This document shows positions 51,441 to 61,289 of a stretch of 64,000 nt of DNA, in pieces. Source of the DNA: an uncultured cyanobacterium (GTDB taxonomy: Bacteria; Cyanobacteriota; Cyanobacteriia; Phormidesmidales; Phormidesmidaceae); assembly GCA_963793265.1 (NCBI GenBank), contig CAWBZI010000007.1, positions 352,001-416,000 of the forward strand, in the 5' to 3' direction. Numbering within the stretch: the first letter of the stretch is position 1; every line of letters starts with the position of its first letter. The notes beneath the pieces are model-generated. The model was not told where the DNA came from. It did no database searches and worked only from the letters and a program-made list of their open reading frames with translations. Both the position numbers and the translations under genes were made by a program.

Positions 51441-52127
51441 CTACAGCATCACCAATCCGTGACGAACGCCCATAGCGACGGCTGCTGTGCGGCTAGAAAC
51501 GGTTAGCTTTGAGAAAATAGCGCCTATGTGAAACTTCACCGTATGCTCCGAGATGTTCAGCGTTTTAGCAATCTCTCTGTTTGTCAGTCCGTTTGCTAGC
51601 TGATTTAATACCTGAATTTCTCGGGGCGTAAGCGGTTCTAGCAAGGCGTCAGCAGCATATTTTGAAGTAGCTGAGTATCTGTTGTTTTCGGCAAAGGACA
51701 CTGCTGAAATATCAGGATGAAAAACAACAAGGCCGTTGAGAATGGCAGCAATGGCATCACTAAACTGATCAGCCGATACCGTCATTGGCAAAAGGCTTAC
51801 GGGCGCAGATTCAGCGCTAAGAGAACAAACCGTTGCTAGATTAAGTTCGTCCCAATTATCTAGCATAATCAAGACCGGCACTGTTTCTTCCCCAAAGGGA
51901 TCGTCAGTGAGCTGTAGGAGATCGGTTAGTTCGGGGTCGCCTAACTCAGCGCACTCAACAACTATCAACTCAGCCCCATCAACACCGCTTTGCGACTGTA
52001 GCCAAAAGCTGAGCGACTGAAGAGAACTGAGCTGCGCGATCGCCCGATGAGAAGCCGCCGCTACCATCGCCGTCAGCCCAGCTCGTGCAATTGGATTTTC
52101 AGCACAAACAACCACATCCACCATCAA
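51441..52127 (-). CDS. LuxR/NarL-family regulator with degenerate receiver
   Basis: LTPREIQVL...ISEHTVKFH HTH; receiver lacks canonical Asp and Lys. Confidence 0.85.
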   Translation of the reverse strand: MMVDVVVCAENPIARAGLTAMVAAASHRAIAQLSSLQSLSFWLQSQSGVDGAELIVVECAELGDPELTDLLQLTDDPFGEETVPVLIMLDNWDELNLATVCSLSAESAPVSLLPMTVSADQFSDAIAAILNGLVVFHPDISAVSFAENNRYSATSKYAADALLEPLTPREIQVLNQLANGLTNREIAKTLNISEHTVKFHIGAIFSKLTVSSRTAAVAMGVRHGLVML

Positions 52128-53020
52128 CGCTCGCCAACCGTCACCGTCGCCGTTTTCACTTCTCCACCTCGTAAAAGCTTAACTTCTAAAACCTTGCCCA
52201 CGCTTTGAGGCCCTAACAAAGCCTGAATCTGTTGTAACGATTCGAGCGCAACATCATCAACGGCCACCATCACATCGCCTAGCAGCATCCCGGCGCTATC
52301 GGCAGCGCTATCAGCGTCTACGCTAACCACCATAATGCCAAACTGATTGGTTAGATCATGCTGCTGTTGAAGATTCTCACCTAGCGGAATTGCCTGCATT
52401 CCTAGCCCCAGGTAGCCACGAGAGAGTTTGCCGCGCTGCTGTAGCTGTTCGATAATCGGATTCACAGTAGCCGCTGGAATTGTAAGCACTTTGCGACGTG
52501 GCCCAAATGTATTAAAACCCACGACCTCACCACTCGCATTAATCAGCGGACACCCGGCGCTGCCTCTGCGCAAATTGAGGCTCACTTCAATGTATTGATC
52601 AATTTGACCACCGAGCTGCGATCGCCAAGCCGAACCCACCTGACTCACCATCCCCAAGCTAGTAAATTGGCCGCCCCGCATAGAGCGACCTACCGTAGAA
52701 ACAAGCTGCCCGAGCGCGAGCCCCTGAGCCTTACCAAGCGTCGCCGTTGGCATTTCGACCTCAGCGGGCAAAGCAAGCACCGCGATATCGGTTGTCGGAT
52801 CAGCGCCCAGAAGCTCGGTTTCGATCGTTTGCCCATCAGGTAGACCCAGCTTAAAGCTGTCGTTAGTGCGTAAAGCCTCGCAGGAAGTCACGATGAGCCC
52901 TTTGCGCCAGTGAATTCCGGTAGCCGCAGAGCGCCGCCCTGAGACAGAGACAATGGCTTTACTCGTTTGAGTCACAATTTCAGAAAGCGACTGCGAAAGC
53001 GATTCTAGCGATGTTGTCAT
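52124..53020 (-). CDS. HtrA/Deg-like trypsin-fold plus PDZ protein lacking catalytic His and Ser
   Basis: DPTTDIAVL, PLINASGEVVG, RGYLG PDZ; IVTSCEAL and RGSAGCP replace VTNxHV and GNSGGP; ATG 53020. Confidence 0.85.
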   Translation of the reverse strand: MTTSLESLSQSLSEIVTQTSKAIVSVSGRRSAATGIHWRKGLIVTSCEALRTNDSFKLGLPDGQTIETELLGADPTTDIAVLALPAEVEMPTATLGKAQGLALGQLVSTVGRSMRGGQFTSLGMVSQVGSAWRSQLGGQIDQYIEVSLNLRRGSAGCPLINASGEVVGFNTFGPRRKVLTIPAATVNPIIEQLQQRGKLSRGYLGLGMQAIPLGENLQQQHDLTNQFGIMVVSVDADSAADSAGMLLGDVMVAVDDVALESLQQIQALLGPQSVGKVLEVKLLRGGEVKTATVTVGER

Positions 53021-53119
53021 AAGAGTTGAGAAATATATGAACGCCCTCATTCTGCACAGAATAGATAGCGCATGACATCACCAACACGGCTAGGAACAAC
53101 CTGCCCGAATGGCTAGGGC

Positions 53120-54040
53120 CTAGCCTAGTTCAAATGTTGTGATGCCGAATATACGGCTTAGTGGCAAATTTAAGACCGCGGGCCGATACATTCTAGCTGT
53201 TTCAAACACAACGGACATTTGATACTTTTCGGCTATTGCGATCGCGGCTGCATTCACCTCTGGTACATCGAGATAAAAAGGACTGCCCGGTTCTACATGT
53301 ACTTTTAAAGCTAAAAAAATTGCCTCAGCCACTTCAGCCGTATCAGCAAATAGTGGGCCAATCTTATACCCTTGTTGGCAAGGACGAATCACGCCGTAGC
53401 CAATTAGTTTCTGTTGAATCACACAGCCGATAGCCGTATGGTTTGTCATACTTAGCCATTTTTGAAGAAAGTCAGATCGTTCTGCTGAAAATATAGCGCG
53501 ATCGTACTCAATTATTGCTTCCAAAGGCAGCGAAGATACCGGCACAAATCTTGCTTCTGGTTCAAACACTTCCGTGAGAAGATTGCTTTTTAGCCCAGGC
53601 TCCACCGCTAAAGCGTCTCCCTTTCCTTCGTATCTAATATTGCGATGGGCCAGCTCAAATCCAGATTTCGCATAGTTGTTCTGCTGTTGCAAAACGCCGT
53701 CTAACCCAATTGTGCGGCCTTGGAGATATGCGATCGCCCTCTCCCATATCTGTAACCCATACCCATGCCCTCTAAATTCCGGCTTCACAATATAGCAGCC
53801 AATAAACCCGAAGCTATTGCCGTATCTAACCGCTGAAATACTAGCTATCGGCTCACCGTTTAGCAGCCCTATCAAAAAACCATCCTGATCGGCAGCATAA
53901 AAGCATTCAGCATCGTGCAAGCCTGGATTCCAGCCTTCAGCAGCCGCCCATCCTAAAACTATCGCTAGCTCTTCGCGTGTCGCAGTTTTAATAACGTAGG
54001 CACTATCCGTATTCTGGTTGTTTTCGTGAGGTAAAGCCAT
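53120..54040 (-). CDS. GNAT N-acetyltransferase (YitH-like, tandem domain)
   Basis: AEGWNPG, PEFRGHGYG, KIGPLFAD, FETARMY. Confidence 0.9.
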   Translation of the reverse strand: MALPHENNQNTDSAYVIKTATREELAIVLGWAAAEGWNPGLHDAECFYAADQDGFLIGLLNGEPIASISAVRYGNSFGFIGCYIVKPEFRGHGYGLQIWERAIAYLQGRTIGLDGVLQQQNNYAKSGFELAHRNIRYEGKGDALAVEPGLKSNLLTEVFEPEARFVPVSSLPLEAIIEYDRAIFSAERSDFLQKWLSMTNHTAIGCVIQQKLIGYGVIRPCQQGYKIGPLFADTAEVAEAIFLALKVHVEPGSPFYLDVPEVNAAAIAIAEKYQMSVVFETARMYRPAVLNLPLSRIFGITTFELG

Positions 54041-54116
54041 GGCCTATCAAGAGAGTGCAGCAATTTTTCGATAACATGATTTACGAACAATACTAAAAAT
54101 TGAGGCAAAAGGTCTA

Positions 54117-55025
54117 ATGACTTCAGATTATCCTCGCGATTTGATTGGCTATGGGCAAAACCCCCCTCATCCACAGTGGCCCGACCAAGCTCGGCTCGCG
54201 CTTCAGTTTGTTATTAACTACGAGGAAGGCGGCGAAAACTGTATTCTGCACGGCGATGCAGCCTCAGAGTCTTTTCTATCTGAAATTATCGGCGCCGAGC
54301 CATTGCTAGGCGTGCGCAACTTAAACATGGAATCGATGTACGAATATGGCAGCAGAGCTGGATTTTGGCGGCTGCATCGGTTGTTTACTACGCGAAATTT
54401 GCCGCTGACCGTCTATGCGGTGGCGATGGCACTAGCGCGAAATCCAGATGCGGGTAAAGCGATGGTAGAGGCTGGGTGGGAGGTTGCCAGCCACGGCTAT
54501 CGCTGGATTGACTATCAGTATGTTGGAGAAGATGTGGAGCGATCGCACATTCAAACAGCCATCGACATCCACACCCAAGTCATCGGCACCCGCCCACTAG
54601 GTCTTTATCAGGGCCGCGTCAGCCCCAATACGCGCCGCTTGCTAGTAGAAGAAGGCGGCTTTCTGTACGACGCTGACAGCTACGCCGACGACCTACCCTA
54701 CTGGAATCACGACTACAACAAACCACATCTAATCATCCCCTACACCCTCGACAATAACGATATGCGCTTTGCCACCGCCCAAGGCTTTAACTCAGGCGAT
54801 CAGTTTTTCACCTACTTACGAGACGCCTTCGATACGCTCTATGCCGAAGGCGAGCAAGCGCCTAAAATGATGAGCGTGGGTCTGCACTGTCGGCTATCAG
54901 GCAGACCCGGAAGAGCCGCAGCGCTCGCAAAGTTTTTAGACTACGTGCAAAGCCATGAGAGCGTTTGGATTTGTCGGCGTGTAGACATTGCTCGGCACTG
55001 GCACGAGCATCACTCACCGGCATAG
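54117..55025 (+). CDS. puuE: Allantoinase PuuE (polysaccharide-deacetylase fold)
   Basis: YPRDLIGYG, INYEEGGE, YEYGSRAGFWR, SHGYRW, GLHCRLSGRPGR. Confidence 0.93.
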   Translation: MTSDYPRDLIGYGQNPPHPQWPDQARLALQFVINYEEGGENCILHGDAASESFLSEIIGAEPLLGVRNLNMESMYEYGSRAGFWRLHRLFTTRNLPLTVYAVAMALARNPDAGKAMVEAGWEVASHGYRWIDYQYVGEDVERSHIQTAIDIHTQVIGTRPLGLYQGRVSPNTRRLLVEEGGFLYDADSYADDLPYWNHDYNKPHLIIPYTLDNNDMRFATAQGFNSGDQFFTYLRDAFDTLYAEGEQAPKMMSVGLHCRLSGRPGRAAALAKFLDYVQSHESVWICRRVDIARHWHEHHSPA

Positions 55026-55969
55026 ATCGAGATAATATTTTTACCAATAGTGTGTTCTTTCTCTGCGTAGGTATGCGCCTCAGCAATCTGCTCTAACGGA
55101 AAAATCTTGTCAATCACAGAACGAACTTTTCCTGCTTCAATCTGCGCTGTCAGATAATCAAGGTCTGCTCCATTAGCTGAAAGCAAAATCACTCTATACT
55201 GCTGACCGTTCCACGGGAAAAGAGAAAGAATACTTTTGAGATAGTTACCAGGAAAGGGCTGAGTTGTTACGTAGACACCTCTAGGCTGCAAAATAGACTC
55301 GCACGCCGACAGTGAGCTATTGCCAACAACATCAAAAACGAGGTCGTACTTAACGGTGCCCTTCGTAAAATCTTGTTGCTTATAGTCAATCACCAAGTCA
55401 GCGCCTAAGCTCTTTACAAGCTCAGCATTCTTTCCACTACACACGCCCGCAACCGTAGAGGCTCCCATCATTTTTGCAAGCTGAACAGCATAAACGCCAA
55501 CGCCACCAGAAGCACCGTTAATCAGCACCTTTTGCCCCCGCTTCAGCGCTCCTTCGTCTCGAAGCGCTTGCAGCGCCGTCATTCCAGCTAGCGGAACCGC
55601 AGCGGCCTCCTCATGTGTCATATTCGTGGGCTTAAACGCGGCTACCTCATCATCTACAGCCGCATACTCGGCATAGGCTCCTCCTGTAAGCTGATCCATT
55701 CGAGCATAAATCAGATCACCCGGCTTGAACCGAGTCACCTGCGCGCCTGTCTCTACCACTTCACCCGACACATCAAACCCCAGCGTAATCGGAAAATCGC
55801 CCCCTGTAAGTATCGCGAGCATTCCCTTCCGCATTTTCCATTCAATTGGATTAATGCTGCTGGCATACACCTTCACCAATAGCTGATCGGGCTCGATGTG
55901 AGGGCGTTTTATCTCTTCGACTTGCAGAACGTCAGGCGCTCCATAGCGGTAAATAACAGCAGCTTTCAT
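55010..55969 (-). CDS. NAD(P)-dependent MDR-family oxidoreductase (quinone reductase-like)
   Basis: SINPIEWK, GFDVSG, LINGASGGVG. Confidence 0.9.
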   Translation of the reverse strand: MKAAVIYRYGAPDVLQVEEIKRPHIEPDQLLVKVYASSINPIEWKMRKGMLAILTGGDFPITLGFDVSGEVVETGAQVTRFKPGDLIYARMDQLTGGAYAEYAAVDDEVAAFKPTNMTHEEAAAVPLAGMTALQALRDEGALKRGQKVLINGASGGVGVYAVQLAKMMGASTVAGVCSGKNAELVKSLGADLVIDYKQQDFTKGTVKYDLVFDVVGNSSLSACESILQPRGVYVTTQPFPGNYLKSILSLFPWNGQQYRVILLSANGADLDYLTAQIEAGKVRSVIDKIFPLEQIAEAHTYAEKEHTIGKNIISIYAGE

Positions 55970-56221
55970 GGCTATGTTCCATTCGTTTACACATTAAACA
56001 TATCGTAGGCAACCCTCCTGCTAAAAAACTCGCCCTAAAGTCGAATTCGGCTATCCGAAAATTAGATAGTTGAGCAGCACACTAAGAGATTACAAGGCCA
56101 TTAGCTAAATTACGTCCGAGTTGACAGCTATACGGCCAAATTATGGTATAGAGATAAGCAAAGGTGTCAAAGCCTCACATTTTCCGTCTTCACTACGCTA
56201 TTTTTATTCGGAGACGATGCT

Positions 56222-57565
56222 GTGCGTTTTATACCCGAAGATCTCACTCCAAAAGCTTTAGCTCAAAGGCTGCTGCCAAGCCGCCTGCTGCTCTCTGATA
56301 TTGCTGTCGGCATCACGACAGGAACATTGGGCATTCTGTTTGATCTTTCTTTCGCCGCCCTTATCTTCTCTGATAGCCTATCAGGCTATATCTCAGCCGG
56401 TGTTGGCTTTGTCCTCTTTAGCGCTGCCGCCACCCGTATTATGGTCGGGCTGATGAGTTCGTTTCCTGGAATGGTTGCCGATTTGGCTGGAATTCCTACC
56501 GCCATTCTGGCTTGGAGTACAGGCATGGTCATCAGGCAGCTTCCGACAACGGCAACCTCAACAGAACTTTTAGTCACGGTTATTGTAACGATCGCCTTTA
56601 CTTCTACGCTTACTGGCGCGTTTTTATGGCTAATTGGCGCAATGAAGCTAGGCAATGTCAGCCGCCTGCTGCCAGTTCCCGTTGTGGGGGGCTTTATTGC
56701 AAGTAGCGGCTGGCTGCTGGTAAAAGGTGCCTTCGAGGTAATGGTGAACCAGCCCTTTACCCTTGCTGCTTTAATCAATGCTGCTCAGTCCGCTAGCCTA
56801 TGGCAATGGCTACCCGGCCTGCTGCTTGCTCTATATCTACTGTTCGTGACTCGCCACCGCACCCGCTCTCTGGTAATGGCGGGGAGTATCATCGGGGCGA
56901 TCGCACTATTCTACGGCTGTCTATCTCTTACAGGTACATCGCTCTCTCAGGCAAACGCTCAAGGTTTAACGCTGGGCATTCCTTCATTACAAACAACCTG
57001 GCAGCTCTTAAGTTGGAGCGATTTACTGCAAATTAACTGGCAGGCAATTGGCAGCCAGTGGATGTGTTCTGTAACAGTAAGCGCGATTACGGCAGTGCTT
57101 TTGCTGATGAATGTAAAAGGAATGGAGGTAGCGATCGCACGCGAGATTGATATGAATCACGAGCTTAAGGTTGCTGGCCGCGCAAATATCATCATGGGCC
57201 TCGTCGGTGGTATTCTCTCTTTCCATTCATTTGGCCGTTCGATCATGGCGCACAAAATGGGTGGTCATACTCGCCTGGTGACCTTTGTCGGTGCTGCAAC
57301 CTTTGTTGTTTTCCCGCTATTGTTCTCCCCTGTGCTCACGTATTTCCCGACGACTATCTTAGGCGGATTACTGTTCTATCTAGGGCTATCGGCTTTGCTT
57401 GAGTGGGTATATCACGCTCGCAAAAAGCTCTCTACCGCTGACTATGCTATGGTTCAACTGATTTGGTTAGTCAGTGCCATTGTTGGCTTTTTACAAGGCT
57501 TGGCATTGGGATGGGCGATCGCCCTAGCTATCATTCTCTACCGAGTCACCGCCCGCGTGCGATAA
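56222..57565 (+). CDS. SulP-family anion transporter membrane domain without STAS
   Basis: LLPVPVVGGFIA, DMNHELKVAG, ILGGLLFYLG; ends right after the last TM. Confidence 0.8.
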   Translation: MRFIPEDLTPKALAQRLLPSRLLLSDIAVGITTGTLGILFDLSFAALIFSDSLSGYISAGVGFVLFSAAATRIMVGLMSSFPGMVADLAGIPTAILAWSTGMVIRQLPTTATSTELLVTVIVTIAFTSTLTGAFLWLIGAMKLGNVSRLLPVPVVGGFIASSGWLLVKGAFEVMVNQPFTLAALINAAQSASLWQWLPGLLLALYLLFVTRHRTRSLVMAGSIIGAIALFYGCLSLTGTSLSQANAQGLTLGIPSLQTTWQLLSWSDLLQINWQAIGSQWMCSVTVSAITAVLLLMNVKGMEVAIAREIDMNHELKVAGRANIIMGLVGGILSFHSFGRSIMAHKMGGHTRLVTFVGAATFVVFPLLFSPVLTYFPTTILGGLLFYLGLSALLEWVYHARKKLSTADYAMVQLIWLVSAIVGFLQGLALGWAIALAIILYRVTARVR

Positions 57566-57580
57566 CTACTCTATTTGTTA

Positions 57581-58480
57581 TTACGGCGAAGCGATCGCAA
57601 GCATAAGACCCTCGTAAGCAATGGTGGCTTTGGCAAAGCGATCGCTAATATCTTTCTGCAAACGGTCTAACGCCTGGTCATCTTGCATAGGGCTATGGTG
57701 TAGCAGAACAAACTCTTTTACGTCTGCTTTTTCAGCAATTTCTATGCCGATTTCCCAAGGCTCAAGGCTATTAGAGGGGACTGAACCATAGCGCAAGTAG
57801 CCAAGGTCAGAGTAGGTGCCATCGTAAATCAGAATATCTGCCTGATGAGCAATTTTCAAGAAGTTCAAATCGATGCACTGAGTTGGGGTATCTGTGGCAT
57901 AGACTAAAACCCGATTCTGCCAGGTAAGGCGATAGCCGAAGGCTGCTGTGAGCGGATTGATTGCAAAGGCTTCGATAGTAATGTCGTCGATTTGAAAAGT
58001 GTCTCGCTCTAAGACGGTGTGAAAGTCTAAGCTAGCTCGCATGTTTTGCAGGGGCATGGAGAAGTGAGGCTTCAGCATTTGCTCAGTGAGACAGTGCTTA
58101 ATAGATGCGCCATTAGGCGCTATACCGCCGTAGATGGAAAAATGGTTGTGAGGATTGAAAGCAGGTTGAAAGAAGGGGAAGCCCTGAATGCGATCCCACT
58201 GGGTATGTGTAAAAAATAGGTGAGCGCAAGCTGACTCTTCGGTTTGTGAGAGCGCGCGGCCTAGCCCAACGAGCCCGGTACCGCCGTCGAAGATGATGCG
58301 GCAATCGCCTATGACCACCTCCACACAAACCGTATTGCCGCCATAGCGCTGATGATCGAGTGAAGGTGTTGGTACGCTGCCTCTGACGCCCCAAAACCTA
58401 ACAGAGAAGTCTGCTTCTTTAGTGGCTGATTCTACTGCCTGCGCGCGGGGGAGGGTAACGGGGCGAGCGGTGTTGACCAT
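57581..58480 (-). CDS. Metallo-beta-lactamase-fold protein with degenerate metal site
   Basis: FWGVRGSVPTP, YGGNT, DGGTG, THTQWDRIQG, YATDT, LLHHSP. Confidence 0.85.
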   Translation of the reverse strand: MVNTARPVTLPRAQAVESATKEADFSVRFWGVRGSVPTPSLDHQRYGGNTVCVEVVIGDCRIIFDGGTGLVGLGRALSQTEESACAHLFFTHTQWDRIQGFPFFQPAFNPHNHFSIYGGIAPNGASIKHCLTEQMLKPHFSMPLQNMRASLDFHTVLERDTFQIDDITIEAFAINPLTAAFGYRLTWQNRVLVYATDTPTQCIDLNFLKIAHQADILIYDGTYSDLGYLRYGSVPSNSLEPWEIGIEIAEKADVKEFVLLHHSPMQDDQALDRLQKDISDRFAKATIAYEGLMLAIASP

Positions 58481-58648
58481 GAGAAGCAAAGGTGCTTTAT
58501 GAAGAGTGTGTGATCTCTAGTGAGCCCATGGTAGATGAAGGGACATCTCAGTATTTCTGTCGATTTTATGGAGAGATATAGGCGCAAAGAAGCCCTGAAC
58601 ACCTATGCTCTAAAGCACGTCTTAGAGAGGCATTCAGGGTCTTTTACG

Positions 58649-59158
58649 CTACTTTGCAGCTTTGACGCACTCGTCAATGAGAGGCTGCACCTGATCGAGG
58701 TTTTTCCAACCGAGCACTTCACACTCTTTTTTCTCTAGGTTCTTGTAGGTTTTGAAGAACTCAGCAATTTCAGCAAGACGGTGCTGATCGAAGTCATCTA
58801 AGTTTTTGATATTGGCATAGCGGGGGTCGTCGGCAGGGACGCAGAGGATTTTTTCGTCTCTGTCGCCGCCGTCAATCATTTCCATCATCCCAATAGGGCG
58901 AGCGGGAATGACGCAGCCAGGGAAGGTGGGCTGATCCATAATAACCATGCCGTCGAGCGGGTCACCGTCGTCTGCCAGGGTGTTAGGGATGAAGCCGTAG
59001 TCGTAGGGATACTGTACGGACGAGAACAGTACGCGATCCAGCGCGAAGGCGTTCAGGTCTTTATCAAACTCATATTTATTTTTGCTACCAGCTGGAATCT
59101 CGATAAGCACGTTGACGATGCCAGGCTTGGGCTGAGCGGGAATGCGGGATAAGTCCAC
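58649..59158 (-). CDS. ppa: Inorganic pyrophosphatase
   Basis: [21 protein letters not shown] start at 59158 behind AGGAG. Confidence 0.96.
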   Translation of the reverse strand: MDLSRIPAQPKPGIVNVLIEIPAGSKNKYEFDKDLNAFALDRVLFSSVQYPYDYGFIPNTLADDGDPLDGMVIMDQPTFPGCVIPARPIGMMEMIDGGDRDEKILCVPADDPRYANIKNLDDFDQHRLAEIAEFFKTYKNLEKKECEVLGWKNLDQVQPLIDECVKAAK

Positions 59159-59323
59159 GAGGTTCTCCTGTTTAATGGCTATTCGGTGAGGTACCGAATA
59201 GCATTCTACGGGAGAGCGGGCCTCTAGACACATACTCGCTTCTAGCTAGACTTTCAAGTATCGCTTTATGGGCCGCAGCCTTCTTATTGCCAGGCTTTGG
59301 TGAGTTTAAAGTTTTCGTCTGCT

Positions 59324-59503
59324 TTATTCTTTAGCTCGCATGGAATAGGTGGCTGGCTGCTGCTGAACGGTAATCTCGGCGCTAAAATTGGATATTGCGT
59401 ATAGCGGCAGAGCAAGCGTAGTGACGGTGATCGCAAAGCCGACTATGTTAGCAATATGGCCGGGAGGTGGTTCAGATTGACGTTCTAGACTCGCAGATTC
59501 CAT
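59324..59503 (-). CDS. 59-aa single-TM small protein (not in the ORF track)
   Basis: MESASLERQSEPPPGHIANIVGFAITVTTLALPLYAISNFSAEITVQQQPATYSMRAKE*, co-oriented upstream of ppa. Confidence 0.6.
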   Translation of the reverse strand: MESASLERQSEPPPGHIANIVGFAITVTTLALPLYAISNFSAEITVQQQPATYSMRAKE

Positions 59504-59952
59504 GAAGTAAAAGAGGTAGACGCTAAGAGGATATACAGCTAGCCGGTAGCATAGGCTACATGGTCGGCTGGCCTACTATTTAAGGCAGTAGGAGGGGCTA
59601 AATGCAACTGCCTACAGGGCAAATCTGCCAAGTAAAGCTCTACCTTACGAACCTTTGACTATATAGTAGCCAAGAGTCTATAGTTCGGCACATTTGATCT
59701 CACTTTTATGACATTGTGTTTACTTATCTAAGTAAGCTGACCTTTTACCTGTGTATTATAAGCCTACGTACAGGGCAGAAGATGAATAAATAGCTGAAAG
59801 TCCTGCTGCCGGGGCTGAGATAGATTCACGAAGATATGACGTAGATGATCAAAGCCATAATGACCGTCGTCAACATCCCACTGGGTATTTAGCCTTAGAG
59901 CGCTCAAGGATTTTTGAACTGTTAGTCCCACTGCAAGACTATGCCTGCAAGA

Positions 59953-60885
59953 CTATGCCTGAGAAATCGTGGTAGAACTTTTCTTCCTTGCCGAAGATAG
60001 GAGATCTGTTTCTGTTGGCATTTTCTGCTTGGAGGCTAGCCCTACAAATTGCAGACATTGAATGAAGAAAAAGGTGAAGTCGTGTAGGTATTTGACTTTG
60101 CCGTTTTCGATGGTAATGCCTTGGCGCGCAGACCACGGGAAGGCATGATGGCAGCTGTGCCAGCCCTCTCCTAGGGTAAGAACGGCGACGAGTGGGTTAT
60201 TGCGGGCACAGTCACCCGATTCAAAGGGTTGCGTTCCGAACTTATGGCAGAGAGAATTAACGGTTGCTACACCGTGGAACAAAAGGGTTGAGCTTATGAA
60301 GAAAGCTGCTAGATATCCGGTGCCGCCGATAGCGTAAGAGAGCGCAGCTAACGCAATTGGCGGTACAAAATGCAAACGATCAACTACTCTTAGAACGATA
60401 TCCTTTTCGATATCGGCAGGAAGCTTAGAAGGGAAAAAGTTGCCAGTGAGTAGCCACTGGTAGTGCGACCACCAAATACCGTTGGGAGAAGAATGTGGAT
60501 CGCGGGGTTCGTCTGAGTAGAGATGATGCTCGTCGTGATGACCTTTCCACCAGCTTGGCCCCATTTGTCCAGATGAAGAGGCAATAATACTGCCAATCCA
60601 TTTAACAGGTGCAGGGCTGCTGTATGCTTTGTGGGTGAGTAGACGATGGTAAACGCCGGTAATTGCCAACATCCTTATCCAGTAAAGGAATGCTATCCAC
60701 AGCCAAGCGCCTACACTGAGACCGGTAAAGAGCGCTAAGCCGCAGCCTAAATGGCATATGACGATTATGGTGGGGCCCATCAGATAGGCTGCTGTCACCA
60801 ATGGGGAGTAGACCTGCTTTTCGTGCTGATTTGAGAACTGCCTAAAAGCAGGCTGCCATTTATGGGATGGACTCGTTATTGACAT
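59953..60885 (-). CDS. Delta-9-type acyl-lipid/acyl-CoA desaturase (DesC-like)
   Basis: His boxes HRLLTH, HDEHH, GEGWHSCHH; VNSLCH. Confidence 0.9.
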   Translation of the reverse strand: MSITSPSHKWQPAFRQFSNQHEKQVYSPLVTAAYLMGPTIIVICHLGCGLALFTGLSVGAWLWIAFLYWIRMLAITGVYHRLLTHKAYSSPAPVKWIGSIIASSSGQMGPSWWKGHHDEHHLYSDEPRDPHSSPNGIWWSHYQWLLTGNFFPSKLPADIEKDIVLRVVDRLHFVPPIALAALSYAIGGTGYLAAFFISSTLLFHGVATVNSLCHKFGTQPFESGDCARNNPLVAVLTLGEGWHSCHHAFPWSARQGITIENGKVKYLHDFTFFFIQCLQFVGLASKQKMPTETDLLSSARKKSSTTISQA

Positions 60886-61176
60886 TAATTCTATTTTCCT
60901 TTTGTCGATATTATCGATGCATCGATAATCATATGCTTTAGGCCAAACATCACCATTACATATTTAAGCTACATACACCATGGGCCCATAGTTGCGAATC
61001 AGTTGCAAGTCCGCCGGTTATTTTGGCCCTATTGTGATACTAGATTTATTTGTGAGTCTCTCTTCCGCTTCGCTTAGTATCGTCATGAGACTCCGTAATG
61101 ATGTCGCTCAATGCGATCGCTGCCTAAAAACCTCTTTGAAAGCCCTTGTCAAATATTTCTTATTTTGTAAACCCGT

Positions 61177-61205
61177 TTGCAATATTTCGTTACATATGCT
61201 ATGAT
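61177..61205 (+). promoter_or_regulatory. Sigma70-type promoter of psbA
   Basis: TTGCAA-N17-TATGAT about 85 bp upstream of the ATG. Confidence 0.6.
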
Positions 61206-61289
61206 AGGTACATACCGACGAGCAAAAGCAATTATTTTTTCGCTTCTGCTGTGTCATATACATATTCACTTTCACCCCGCAATCATTCC

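Noticed and set aside
61146..61289. N-terminal extension of psbA in the ORF track (similarly for cupA, ndhD3, ppa and deaD)
   Set aside because: Family similarity begins at downstream starts; for psbA the extension overlaps the promoter
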